From: Babesia bigemina
Lineage: Eukaryota
Reading direction: 5' to 3'
DNA length: 64,000 nt
Assembly (NCBI RefSeq): GCF_000981445.1
Contig: NC_027217.1
Coordinates: forward strand, 2,666,001-2,730,000
A program made the position numbers and the translations under genes. The number at the start of each line of letters is the position of its first letter. Positions within the stretch are counted from its first letter, which is position 1. A model generated the notes under the pieces. The model did no database searches. It saw only the letters and a program-made list of their open reading frames with translations, and was not told where the DNA came from. Shown in pieces: positions 12,201 to 22,649 of this stretch.

Positions 12201-14321
12201 GATCCCAGATGCCGCCGCAGCATCTGACCAGTGGCAGTGCTCGAAGTCGCAGTCGATGCCGATGAGCTGGTGCAACTCGGACTGCAGCGACTTCACCACG
12301 GCAGCCGCGAAGGAACCCGCCGCTCGTGATCCGGATGTCGAATTTGACACTCCAGAAGATACTTCGAATGGCGTTTGCAGGTGGGTCAGCGAAGGGAAAC
12401 GGAACCAGTGTTCGTAGCTGCCGTGGCTCCGGGTGCCTTGGAACCTTTCGTTAATGGTAAATTTGCCCAAATTGGCAGGACCTCGCAGGGTCATGCGGGC
12501 GAGCTTGGGGTTGAGCCGAATCAGGTCGAGAATGGCCTCGTTCTCGGCAGATCGGTTGGCCTGTTCCTCAGTCGACCTCAGCAACACGTCGTCCACTTTC
12601 ATTTCAGCCGGACGAATGCCGCTGTACACCAGGCCGAGGAACCTATTCACGTCCACGCACACCAATATCGCGTGCACCAGACGCACGTACTCCCACAGGG
12701 ATTCGCGCTGCGCCTCGCTCAGGTACGCTGGGTGGGCATGGATATCATCAGACTCGGAAACGGTGAATCCGCGCTTGCACAAATTGAAGCAAGACACCAC
12801 CTCGTCCCTCAGCAGCGATATCAGACCTCCTTCTTGAAGCATGCACAGCAGACCCAGGCCGTCCCCCGGGATCGTTAGCGTGTGTGTTATCAGCAGCCTC
12901 ACGGTCTTGCAGTGTATACGTGTCTGCTGCTGGGCCTCCATGTGGGCATGCCGTTCCTTCGCGAGCTCGTCGTTGACCTCGTACAGCTGGTTGCGCAGTT
13001 CCTGCACGCGCCTTTTGCGAGCTTCGGCCGTGCTGCGATCCTTGCGCAGCCGGCCCCGCCCGGTTGGGTGGCCACCCTCCTCATTTTCGCCGTCTTCATC
13101 GTCGCCACTGCTCGCGGCCTCGGCCAGCAGCGCGTCCCTTTCGTTCGCCAACGAATCCTGCTGACGTTGCAACATCTCCACGCGCTGCTTCTGTTCGGGG
13201 GTGCGATGGCCAGCACGCTCGAAATTCTCCAGTTTAAGACGGAATTCGCCAATGAGCGTCCACAGGTCGCTCGACATCAGCGATGAGCGAAAGGCCACCA
13301 GGCCGTTCAGGTAGTGCCAAACAATGCGAGCGCGGCGCTTAAGCTCGGACGCCACGTTTGGGTCGTGATCGTATTCCTTGGAGACGGCGAACGCTTTGTA
13401 GTGAGGTTGCGCCTCGGTCCAGTAGTTGTACCACGCTGACGTCGGCGGCTGGGACAGCTGGTAGAGCACGTATATCACCTCCTGAGTGAGAGCCTGGAAG
13501 TCGTGATCGTTGCCGGACGCCTCGTGCAGCAACTTCGAACACAGCGGCAAGAGGTGAGTGGCCACAAACCCGCTCTCGAAGATATACAGCGTCCCATAGC
13601 GCGTGTGTTTGTACAGGGGCACGCCGTCCAGCTCCATGTAGTCGCCTTCACGCTCACGGCTGAGGAGGGTGTTCAGATCCTGCAGGTTGGACAGTGCCTC
13701 GCGGCCGATGGTGACCACAGTGCTCACTTTGCCCGGTGCAGCAGGTTTGGGTGCATCCGAGTTAGCCTTGACGAGATTGCCGAACCGACCCTCGGGAGTT
13801 TTACCGCGGAAGGTACTACGGATCAGCTTCTTCATCAGCTTGTTCAGCGCGCGATCGGTCTCCTGCGGTGGCGCCTGCGTTGCGGAGGAGTCGGCAGCCT
13901 TGGAGCCATCATCGGTCGGCGAGCTCGAGTCGACGGTGAACTGCTCCCGGGTCAGGAGGCCGCTGAACAGCGTCAGCATCTCCGACTCCACACCCTGACG
14001 ACGTTCGAAGTGGGACGAGAGGTGCTCAAGGTTAAAAGCCACCTCCGACTCCACATTCTCGATGTCAGCGTACTGCGCACTCGCCTCACGCATGCGGCGG
14101 TCGAGCTCTTTCTGCCATCTAGAAGCGGATTTCTTTGTCTTCTTGGCCTCCGGTTTCGGCTCAGAACCGAACAGGAACTCGAAATCGGAGTCCACGCTCT
14201 CACCGGCGCCTTTGACCGAAGCGAGAGAACCGTCGGACTCCACCTCCGAATCTGCGATGAACGAATCATCGCTCTCATCTCCATGCGCGTCATCGTTATC
14301 GAACAAATCACGCGTCGCCAT
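9204..14321 (-). CDS. Timeless/Tof1/Swi1-like replication fork protection protein
   Basis: ~1700 aa ORF. Segments NSPHLNDMLV...MLYDIKYFYVFRDI, LPLELFF and WDPEEDAALLKYYKQF recall Timeless middle and C-terminal motifs. ATG 14321 preferred over the non-ATG start at 14360. Confidence 0.55.
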   Translation of the reverse strand: MATRDLFDNDDAHGDESDDSFIADSEVESDGSLASVKGAGESVDSDFEFLFGSEPKPEAKKTKKSASRWQKELDRRMREASAQYADIENVESEVAFNLEHLSSHFERRQGVESEMLTLFSGLLTREQFTVDSSSPTDDGSKAADSSATQAPPQETDRALNKLMKKLIRSTFRGKTPEGRFGNLVKANSDAPKPAAPGKVSTVVTIGREALSNLQDLNTLLSREREGDYMELDGVPLYKHTRYGTLYIFESGFVATHLLPLCSKLLHEASGNDHDFQALTQEVIYVLYQLSQPPTSAWYNYWTEAQPHYKAFAVSKEYDHDPNVASELKRRARIVWHYLNGLVAFRSSLMSSDLWTLIGEFRLKLENFERAGHRTPEQKQRVEMLQRQQDSLANERDALLAEAASSGDDEDGENEEGGHPTGRGRLRKDRSTAEARKRRVQELRNQLYEVNDELAKERHAHMEAQQQTRIHCKTVRLLITHTLTIPGDGLGLLCMLQEGGLISLLRDEVVSCFNLCKRGFTVSESDDIHAHPAYLSEAQRESLWEYVRLVHAILVCVDVNRFLGLVYSGIRPAEMKVDDVLLRSTEEQANRSAENEAILDLIRLNPKLARMTLRGPANLGKFTINERFQGTRSHGSYEHWFRFPSLTHLQTPFEVSSGVSNSTSGSRAAGSFAAAVVKSLQSELHQLIGIDCDFEHCHWSDAAAASGIYYELGLVLSLCFGDLMREAQDRYYQQSDYQVVLDLHTWVVTYYRCMYLYLREQCRTEDRQAPPEAYVLLALRRYIGADSSCAKVACAYVWQLIRKHSLSKASHFGATSALRALYADLNLFQMIGDIRSNVHVMSICQETLAAYFTSDIRAILFWILRYFKMLSQPSNLFCFALANLHLLRHVVRAVGSVSFTHENSRSDAIGRDSDSDSSDDGVSITKTVIVTADSVFSSRNRNTANDDILYNGRVVYNCVAMLANFRTNSPHLNDMLVSHLESVPLPMLYDIKYFYVFRDIVGDRRVWQNAKWRWIGDYCVRVMESFFDGWLGRGNRFLPLELFFNKCSPATKGPFRPCAPDNITPIMRGYEHCGLLSELLQRPEATVYEVVREKRGASGSSTWDPEEDAALLKYYKQFRFLADPVAYIAELLGRREADVQRRLEELRVPTSEPQGAKGGNTAALQKLLRNLVSLFADEAIKVCAELHENISESIEMQRLGGADAVCEVMEPLSASPRLLGSAEFQAVLHCLGISQNWLLPKNTGDLAPLMAVLDDPSSYIVVGKERAESASQSTPETRATATSAAAGESVHEDTQMDTDSGVSQPAVVTSKDIAELVLRLIRCLEEHGESANASGIIQSAINLVESASVLGRAEAVCSYLPQREECLSRVRNLLRLAEVEVRPPMIACDSLPNAIIAVDRLRVAINLSRLPASRLEMIVQTNVHQPSGSSKRPPSSMAVDTDFEDSFEKHMDGASDDQHEDHLDLDAPVSFNIFGLRPGRGKKRGGGQRSSAHSGTGRGTHVRRKMSIDSDGLSETQSDHLSIPPDEHGGELRAVLDELRRRLLLGHTRIDAADLMGIGIFDNWDAAFDMLRRYCGSLGASEEFVANTLWLVWPEDNVDSAITALSITPLSAVQPEELSSGEWGSRAVRSVPVRRNIRRRVDHSPPQLGVQCDGEPPEPLDLEPLERLEVNPDLVASIYEESLRLAREGRLRNTVTSREDLERLLE

Positions 14322-15065
14322 CGTCCCTACCGTTCCCTTGCTACGAAGAGGACATTTCAAACGCCCTCCTCAGCGGGGCGGTGCCCACAGCGCGGCCGTG
14401 GACCGAACAAGGCCGCGGAGCTGATGGGCGATGGCCTGGATGGGCACTGGTGACCTCGGGGCTTACCGAAAAATTCCTGGACGTAACAAAACGTCGGCAA
14501 TATAGCAGAACACCCACACCACCACAGACACGCGCCGACCTGCGGATGATTCCCCGCATCTGTTGGCGCGGCTCTCCTGCGAGAGACCGAGTAACCTTGC
14601 AAGCAAAGCTTGCGACACGGCACCACTTACCTAAGCATATAAAGCAGACACACAAAACGACTATAATCGGTGTGGACACCGCGGCATCCGCCAGCGGGCG
14701 GGTTCTTCCTGTCTTCCGGCCGTAGACTTCCACGGCCGAGAGTAATAAGACGACGCGAAGTGCGGTTCGACGCTCCAACGCTGCTGTGAATGCGATAAAG
14801 TCGTGTCTTTGTGCCCTAAAAAGTGCACGCGTGAAGATAGCCTTCGTGTGTAGGATTTCTTACTGCACAACGGCCGACGAGACGACGGCGCTGGCCAACA
14901 TCGCCGCACAAGGCCACAAACCGTTACAGCCGAACCGCGCACGACCTCAGCAGCAGGCACGGCTCGAAAAAATAATAAATGTGGTGAATAAGAAGGTGGC
15001 CTACGAACGCATCCGGAAGCGGTAATCGCGCCGAGCACACCCGTGAGCGCGTAAGCGACTACGCC

Positions 15066-16223
15066 ATGGAGCCTTCCGGCTGCGTAGAGCACCCGCTCAC
15101 GTTAGATCCCGCGGACGTCGCAAAGCGTCTCTCGGTAGTCGGCGATGCCTGGAGCAACTCCGAGGTGCACGATCTTGTCGTTGTCTACAGCCGTGTGCCG
15201 AAGAAGGTCATGATATGCTCCTCGAAGACGGATGAATCGATACGGAAGGCCCGTGAGGAGCTTGTCGCGCTCATAAAGGAGAAGTTTGACTGCGTAGTCA
15301 TGGTTCACGACCGTCTTCTCCCCTCCGTAAAGGCCGGGACCGATCAGCTTTGGGGGGAGGTACACAGGCCACACCCCGGGCCGGCAGCCTCCAAGAACCA
15401 GGACGATTCGACCATCGTGGAATATAAGGAACTCGAAATCGACGACGTGGAACTGATCATCGCAATAGGAGGCGACGGAACCATACTGAAGGTCATCAAG
15501 ATGTTTCCGCACGTCATACCGCCAGTTATCGGACTCTCAATGGGCTCCATGGGATACATGGCCAAGTTCAACATGGCGGAGGTCAAGGAGACGCTCATGA
15601 GCATATGTGATGTCGGCATCACGGTGTCCAGACGCAGCCTGTTGCACGTCGAAGTGTACAGCGACACGGGGGAACTAATCGCACGCAGAAACGCACTGAA
15701 CGAGTGTGTCATAGACCGGGGGCTATCGCCATGCATCACCACGCTGGACGTGTACTACCAAGGGTCGTACTTCACGACGGTTATAGGTGACGGCTTGCTC
15801 ATCAGCACGCCCAGCGGGTCCACGGCCTACTCAATGGCCGCCGGCGGCCCAATTGTGCACCCGGCGGTTCCCTCCATGCTCTTCACCGTCATATGTCCGC
15901 ACTCAATTTCCTACAGGCCGGTTATCCTGCCGAGAGAGGCGGTACTGGACGTCATTGTGCCGCCAGACAACCGCGGCGACGTCAGGCTGTGCGTGGACGG
16001 AAACTACCACTGCAACCTCAAGCAGGGGTCATACGTCCGCGTCACGTCCGCCGACCAGGCCTTTCCGCTCGTGCTGCCAAACAACACGCACACAGGTGAC
16101 GAGTGGATCAGGTCGCTCAGGGAACACCTGCACTGGAATTTCAGGATCCGGCAGCAGCACATCGCGCCACGGCTCCAATTGTCACAAACCCTAGTGGAAA
16201 AAAGATTTAGCACCATAAACTAG
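15066..16223 (+). CDS. NADK: NAD(+) kinase
   Basis: GGDGT, ALNE and GDGLLISTPSGSTAYSMAAGGP motifs. Confidence 0.93.
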   Translation: MEPSGCVEHPLTLDPADVAKRLSVVGDAWSNSEVHDLVVVYSRVPKKVMICSSKTDESIRKAREELVALIKEKFDCVVMVHDRLLPSVKAGTDQLWGEVHRPHPGPAASKNQDDSTIVEYKELEIDDVELIIAIGGDGTILKVIKMFPHVIPPVIGLSMGSMGYMAKFNMAEVKETLMSICDVGITVSRRSLLHVEVYSDTGELIARRNALNECVIDRGLSPCITTLDVYYQGSYFTTVIGDGLLISTPSGSTAYSMAAGGPIVHPAVPSMLFTVICPHSISYRPVILPREAVLDVIVPPDNRGDVRLCVDGNYHCNLKQGSYVRVTSADQAFPLVLPNNTHTGDEWIRSLREHLHWNFRIRQQHIAPRLQLSQTLVEKRFSTIN

Positions 16224-16427
16224 GACGAAGCGCCTTGTATTGTAGAGATGTATCTCCCCCTGCACGGCAGACGGGACATAACAATCCTCAATGTTGTTTT
16301 TTCTAGCTACTGCATGCGACGGCGGAGCCGACATTGCTGAGCGCCGTTTGGCGGCGCTTGCGAGGAACACGGAGATACACTGCCGCAAAGCTACGGTGAA
16401 TGCAAACACGAATGCGATTTTGCAACA

Positions 16428-17093
16428 TTAAACGCGTTCTAGCAGCACCACGGACTGGCACGCGACGGCCTCGCCACGGCCCAGTGCGTCCAGCCCCTCG
16501 TTGGTCTTCGCCTTCACATTGACGCAGACGCCCGGGCCCAGTAGCTCCCCGACTCTCGCAGTTATGCGGCGTTTCAGTTCACTTCCGAGCCGTGGGCGCT
16601 GCAGCACGATGTTCACGTCCACGTTGCACGGGCGGTAGCCGAGGTTGCGTGCCTCCGAGAGCGCGAAACGCACAATCACGCCAGAGTCCAGATTACCATT
16701 GGCAGCGTCGAGGTCCGAGAAGTGCTCACCGATATCTCCTCGGCCCACTGCGCCCAGCACTGCGTCGGCAATGGCATGCAGAACCGCGTCACCGTCGCTG
16801 TGGCCTACCACGAACACGCCGGAGCCTTCCACGTCAATGCCGCCGAGCTTGAACGCCTTGCCACCATTATTGGGGCCGACAAGCCGGTGTACGTCGTAGC
16901 CCAGACCCACTCTGTATTGCGAAGCCAACCGACTGGCATCAGACACGCCCTGCGAAGCGAGAGCCGGAAGATTCCGGATCGGATTCACGTACAGCCCTTG
17001 AGACGCTCGGATGTGAAAGGCGAAGCTACTCGGACTCGCACCTAAGTAGAAGATGATGATTGCGATGATGTGCGACAGTGTACCAGCGGCCAT
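16428..17093 (-). CDS. ispF: 2-C-methyl-D-erythritol 2,4-cyclodiphosphate synthase, apicoplast-targeted
   Basis: RVGLGYDVHRL, GHSDGDAVLHAIADAVLGA..GDIGEHF and VNVKAKTNEGL motifs. Hydrophobic signal plus transit-like leader from ATG 17093. Confidence 0.93.
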   Translation of the reverse strand: MAAGTLSHIIAIIIFYLGASPSSFAFHIRASQGLYVNPIRNLPALASQGVSDASRLASQYRVGLGYDVHRLVGPNNGGKAFKLGGIDVEGSGVFVVGHSDGDAVLHAIADAVLGAVGRGDIGEHFSDLDAANGNLDSGVIVRFALSEARNLGYRPCNVDVNIVLQRPRLGSELKRRITARVGELLGPGVCVNVKAKTNEGLDALGRGEAVACQSVVLLERV

Positions 17094-17314
17094 GCGCGCT
17101 GACGCGTTGTCTGCACCGATGTGTCGGCCGTACGGCATAGACACCGTGCGCCACGCCCGTGCAGATTCCGAGGAATACACAAATTGGTGTGTAGATCTGT
17201 GGGTGTAGATACACCTTCTATACGTTCTTTAAGGCGTGGTAGGTTGCCTAATCTGCCCTGTCGTGACGCCTCACGAGAAACAAACACCGTACACATCGAC
17301 GATATATGTCGAAA

Positions 17315-17886
17315 ATGGAGGCGGACGCAGCGGTATCGCCGCCTAGCATCGAAATCGACGATGGCACAAGCTGTCTTATCTGCTACGAGGACCTGATACT
17401 GAGCAACGCCGTTGCCTACAAGGCCACTGAGGACGCCGAATGGGCACTCTCCACCTTCTGCATCGACTGCATCAAGCAACTGCTGGCGACGCAGGTGAGT
17501 GGCTGACGTGCTGATATCATTGCCTGTCAGTACGAGAGGTACATCACTTCGCTGCGTACGACCAATTGCGCCAAGGAACAACGCGCCCTGCTGGAACGTG
17601 GACCCCCAGTCAACATATCAGACCACTTGGGGTTCCCGCTAGCGGAAAAGCGCGAAGTCTACGCGTTGTACGACATGGGCCAGCAGGCTCCGCTGTCGGC
17701 GAAACTTGAAGGTAGCGTGGTAAGTGGTACTTGTCAACCATTACAGCCATATTCCGTGCTGTTACCCTGCCCAGCGCTTGTGTTTGTCATTTCATACGCC
17801 GTAAACTTTTGCAGACTGGCGAGGAGAGGGAGCGGCTGTGGGAGGAGCTCAGCAAGTTCAAATTCAAGGGCGACCACGAGGAGTGA
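17315..17886 (+). CDS. Hypothetical protein with CxxC...CxxC, 2 introns
   Basis: Spliced MEADAA...CLICYEDL...FCIDCIKQLLATQ|YERYITSLRTTNCAKEQRALLERGPPVN...AKLEGSV|TGEERERLWEELSKFKF using GT-AG introns. Confidence 0.6.
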
Positions 17887-18103
17887 CGCTGGGGCACTAG
17901 AGTGGTCCATGATGGCATTATTTCGATGGCGGCCAAAAAGTAGTCAATCTCAGCGATATCGCATCCATGGATAACATGCCAGGCAATGTAATGTGCGCGT
18001 TGTTCTCGCTTGAACAGCGCAGACGGCGAACTTCGTCATAATGCTTAAGAGTCTTAACGAAATTTTGCGATAGTTTACAAGCCTTGCGTCAGCCGTACTA
18101 AGC

Positions 18104-19494
18104 TCAACGATCAAAGAAAGCTTCCAGGGTACGCTTCAGGCCTTCGTCGAGCTCCAGGGTGCTCAACTGTTTGACGTACGATTCCTGGTCCACTGCACCG
18201 GTTGGCAACGCGAAACAATCCACCTACGTTCGAAGAGGAGCCTATATCCAGGCATAACCGTTATCACCGCCAATGTGTCGCCCTGAGATATATGGTTATA
18301 ATAAGCAAGGACAAGAGCTGAAAATTCAGACCTAAATGCACGCCCCGATAACGCAATATGAAGCGTTGCAAAAAACGCATGGTCGACAATCGTGCAAATT
18401 GGCACTACCAATGTGGCAAGCAGCACATTTGTGTTTTGTCAACTGGGTAAATGGCGTCAATGCGACGCGCCTTTGGTGCACTGTGCGACACCACGCTGAC
18501 ACGCATCGCGGCGTATGCACTTGTACTTCATCCCTACCTTTTTTGGGTCAGTAACCAGGCTCAGGTAGCCCAGCTCTCTCGCGTACAGCAGGTAGTCGGC
18601 AATGTTACTGAATTCTGTACGACATGTGCAAAGCGGAAAAAGGAACGCACCGGATGCCGAATATTTCACCGCCCTCTTTCGGCGTGTTCCGCGGAGGGCC
18701 GCCTTCAGGGCCTCCTCAGATGCCTGATCCCGGGGCACCATGTCCGCTTTCCCAACTCGGGTGAACACTTCGCACAAACGGTCTGAAAATGGTTGCCGAT
18801 ACGACCTCGCCCAACTACCCAGCGGAATCCCAGTCGTGTAGGCCTTGAAACACGGCAACAACAAAAGCAGAAAACCGCGCAACTCATGGTCGCCTGTAAA
18901 TGGTCATCAAAAGGCACATTTGAACATACCATCGCCGAGCAGTTTCAGGTCATGCGGCTGAAAGGCCAGCGACTGCTTCAAGAAGAATTCGCGCCTCGCT
19001 ACAAAATGTCGGCGTACGTTGCGGCATACAAACCTCCTTGAAGTTTTATGTCGCAGAGAATCAGCCCTAGAGTTTTGCTGACCAGTTTCTTGGCGTCCTC
19101 TGCACCGTATTGAAACTGAAGCGAGGCGTCATACTCACCAATAAAACAGTTGACGATGGCATGGTTAGCATGGTCGTGCAGATACGTCTTAACAACAGCG
19201 CGAATCTCATCGTAACGAGTCACAAATGGCGCTCGGTGCAACAGGAGGCGGACGATCAGTCGCAGGATACGACTCTTTTCCTGCGTATCATATAGAGTGG
19301 CCAAACTCGGCAGGTGGCGACGCAACACGACACCAATTACTCACATTATCCCTTATATCGTATTCGTACTTGCTATTGCTTGCGGGCGCAGGCGTCGGGG
19401 TCCCGGATGTCGCAGAATCCGGCAGTGTAGTTGCCGTTTGGTGCTCAGAGAACATAAACTGCGCGTACGCATCCTCAGGATCATCAGTAGCCAT
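18104..19494 (-). CDS. Multi-exon gene, possibly MAGE/Nse3-like (SMC5/6 subunit)
   Basis: Consecutive minus-strand ORF pieces (19288-19494, 18999-19328, 18457-18882, 18163-18426) are separated by intron-like gaps. RGFLLLLL...LCEVFTRVG...ELGYL weakly recalls the MAGE winged helix. Exon limits are approximate. Confidence 0.4.
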
Positions 19495-20415
19495 TTGGAA
19501 CCGATATTTTTATTCTGGCGAAATCTAGATTTTGGTCACGGCGGCGGCTATGAGTTCCTATCGTGCCCTGTTGCCAGCACGTCACGCTATATCGATACAC
19601 CATGTATCCTTGGCCATTAATGGAAGGTGCCATGTGCGAGGAAGGCAAGTCTTCTGCATTTTTCGGTTGTACAGCAAGTTGTAAACGTGATGTGTGTGAC
19701 CGTGAACCGTGCGTGACTATTCAATTGCACGGCATATCGTGAGGTAACTACAACGACATTCAATGACGTTATTAAGACAAATTACGAACACATATCGAGT
19801 GTGGTATCTATCACATTCGTGGCCAATGTGCGTGTCTAATTAAGAGAAATAATATGCTTTCCTCATACACACCGACCGCGACTCACGTGCCCCGTAACGT
19901 CATTCTTTAAACTCACACTTGCGTGCCTATGTGTGACGTAGAACACGTATCAAGTCAGCTGAGCCGTATGCTAAACTGTGTGATCCAGCTGAAGAATTTT
20001 CCACCTTTAAAGCTGATGCAATTCGTCAAAGCAAACGTTTTGTATTCAGCTCGCCTCGTCGCAACAATAACGGCAACTAAAATCAAAGCCGTTTTATCCA
20101 TAAAATGATTGGATAACGGTGTTGTTTGTGAGAAAAGTCCGAAATCGTCGGCACACAAACGGACGAAAAATCAAAGCCGCGAGAATTTTTCACCCGGAGC
20201 AGCGACGAATCATTTTGACGTTGCGGTACAGTCTGTTAAATGAAACTTGAGCTAAACACACTCTGTGTAAACTATGTGTGCTAGACATCACCTGTGAGCA
20301 AAATTTCATCCTGTGTATTAAAACTACGAAAGAAGGAAAGCACAAACGAAAGACTTACAACTAGATCTACTATCATCATACTGCATCACTGTCCTGAGAT
20401 GTATCCTGCGTACTA

Positions 20416-21345
20416 ATGGGGAACTCACTTAACTCTGTGGTTTTCCACCCGCCGAAACCAACGTACAGCGGAGGGGACCCACACCTCCACATGCTGCCCA
20501 CCAAGTGCGGGCATTTGATAGCGGCGTTTTACATCAGACATAGGTATGTCGTGGCGTGTAACTCATGTATGTTGTTCAGGCGCTCCAGGTTCACCATCCT
20601 ATACAGCCACGGAAATGCGGAGGACATTGGGCACGTATTCCACGCATTAATGGACCGAGTCGCCAATTGGGATGCTGACCTCTTCATATATGACTACTCG
20701 GGTATGTCAAGCATCGTGAAACTGATGCGAATCAGGATACGGAGTTAGCGAGGGAAAACCGTCAGAGCGCAACCTGTATATGGATGTGGAGGCTGCATAC
20801 GACTACCTCACGCAGGCCCTAGGTAAGTGATCGCACGCAATTTTCACAACTGTGCCACAGGTGTTGATCCCAACACTGTTGTGGCGTATGGTAGGAGCAT
20901 TGGGAGTGGACCCGCGGTCCACATCGCTCTCCACAGGCCAGTGCTTGGCCTCATTCTACAAAGTCCGGTGGCTTCGGTATATCGAGTCAGGTTCCACCGC
21001 CTACCCTTCTCAATGCCAGGGGACATTTTCCGCAACATAGACAAGGTGCAGAACTTAAATGTGCCAACGCTCATACTACACGGCACGGAGGACGAAACCG
21101 TTCCGCTGGTCGCATCGCAACAGATGGCACTCAAAATATCTGAAGTTTACTGCAGATGGATCAAAGGTGCATCTCACAACGATATGGACGGGAAATACGT
21201 CATATATGTCGAACAAGCACTACAGGAATTCTTCGCCCGGATAATGCAACAACACCCCGCCAATGTGATGCGGAAAGGCGTGTGGATATCCCGGGGGAAA
21301 CAGGGCACCATACACCACAACGCCGCGCAAGCAATTACTACGTGA
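20416..21345 (+). CDS. ABHD17-like alpha/beta hydrolase (putative depalmitoylase), 3 introns
   Basis: [26 protein letters not shown] (nucleophile Ser), HGTEDETVP and GASHND motifs give the catalytic triad. Confidence 0.88.
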
Positions 21346-21767
21346 AACAACTATCCGAACGTGTTTAAGTCTCGGATACTGCCATATAAGAGGCCGGGTG
21401 TGAATTCAGGTTTATTAATGTAAATCGATTAGCCATAACCGCGTGATTGCCATTGACTACGTAGCCAGTGTGTCCGAAGCGCATACATACTGCGGGGGGC
21501 TCATTTGGTTGCTGGCCTGTTACCACATGTATCCGGTATGAACACAGCGACGTCGGTCGAGGGTGAGATAAGTGCGACGCAGGGCCGGTGATGTTAGATT
21601 GCTGCAGAGCTTTGGAGAACAGCTCCGTATCACCAAACGGCAGAGACGAAACCGTGATGCATGGCAAGGTATTGAGACGGCTAACGCGACATAAAGTGGA
21701 ATGGATAAGGCTACAATAATTAAGCTTCAAAGGCAGTTACATGCGTTTGAAAAGTTTCTTATTAAGT

Positions 21768-22649
21768 TTAGCCGAAGAACTTCGAGAAGAAGCCACCCTT
21801 CTTCGCTGGGGTCGGCTCAACGGGGGCACTAACCTCCTCAGCCTCGGCTTCAGCCTCGGCTTCAGCCTCGGCTTCAGCCTCGGCTTCAGCCTCAACCTCA
21901 GCCTCAACCTCAGCCTCAACCTCAGCCTCAGCCTCAGCCTCAACCTCAGCCTCAGCCTCAACCTCAGCCTCAGCCTCAACCTCAGCCTCATTCATGGCGG
22001 AGACTGTGTTCGCACAGGTGGCCTCAACAACATCGTCAACACCGTCGGCGTTGGTGTTGTCCTCGACGGCGACGTCCTGCTCCTCCAATCCAGATTCGGC
22101 AGTTTCCTCTTCGTCATCATCATCGTCATCATCGTCATCATCATCGTCGTCGTCATCGTCGTCATCGTCGTCGTCGTCGTCATCTTCATCACCCTCTGAC
22201 ACGGAAGATTGCTCCTCCTCGGCAGCCGACTCACCGGCGTCGGTCTCTTCGGTGTCGGGTGTAACCTCTTCCACGACTGAGTCCTTCTCATCCAAGGTCG
22301 GTTCAACGGGCTCAACAACCTTGTCGGACTCGGGCTTTTCAACGACAGCGACCGGCTTAGTCGGCTTGGGGGCAACGGGAACCGCAACCTGGTCGTTGGG
22401 GCGAGCACGAGGGCGCCCGCGCATGTTACGACGGTTCCTCGGGTGGTCCGGAGGCAAAGGCTGCTGTACCATGTTGTAGTCAACTCCGGGTACAGGAATC
22501 GGTCCATAGTAACCATACAGTTTGGTCATGATCTTCTCCCACGTCAGCGCGTTGGCCAACTCATCGTCTTCAGCAGCCTGAACTTGGGGGACGATAGAAA
22601 CAAATACAAAGGCAAAGATGCCGAAAATGGCAGTCATATTGGCCTTCAT
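21768..22649 (-). CDS. Secreted highly acidic repeat protein
   Basis: 293 aa. Signal peptide (AIFGIFAFVFVSIVPQVQA), poly-Asp tract, (AE/VE)n tract and basic-aromatic C-terminus KKGGFFSKFFG. Confidence 0.75.
   Translation of the reverse strand: MKANMTAIFGIFAFVFVSIVPQVQAAEDDELANALTWEKIMTKLYGYYGPIPVPGVDYNMVQQPLPPDHPRNRRNMRGRPRARPNDQVAVPVAPKPTKPVAVVEKPESDKVVEPVEPTLDEKDSVVEEVTPDTEETDAGESAAEEEQSSVSEGDEDDDDDDDDDDDDDDDDDDDDDDDDEEETAESGLEEQDVAVEDNTNADGVDDVVEATCANTVSAMNEAEVEAEAEVEAEAEVEAEAEAEVEAEVEAEVEAEAEAEAEAEAEAEAEAEEVSAPVEPTPAKKGGFFSKFFG
21836..21990. repeat. Coding hexamer tandem repeat (CCTCAG/CCTCAA/CTTCAG variants)
   Basis: Directly visible. Encodes AEVEAEAE on the minus strand. Confidence 0.9.
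22111..22190. repeat. Coding trinucleotide repeat (TCA/TCG)n, poly-Asp
   Basis: Directly visible. Confidence 0.9.

Noticed and set aside
6163..14453. Many long overlapping or antisense ORFs in the SLC6 and Timeless-like genes (likewise in RIC1/VPS4)
   Set aside because: They are expected shadows of GC-rich codon usage and show no recognisable motifs.
16428..17093. ispF as recent bacterial horizontal transfer
   Set aside because: Nuclear-encoded MEP-pathway enzymes with bipartite leaders are normal in apicoplast-bearing parasites.
21737..22479. ORFs reading RLRLRL, LSLNLS or poly-Ser
   Set aside because: These are alternative frames of the coding repeats in the 21768-22649 gene.
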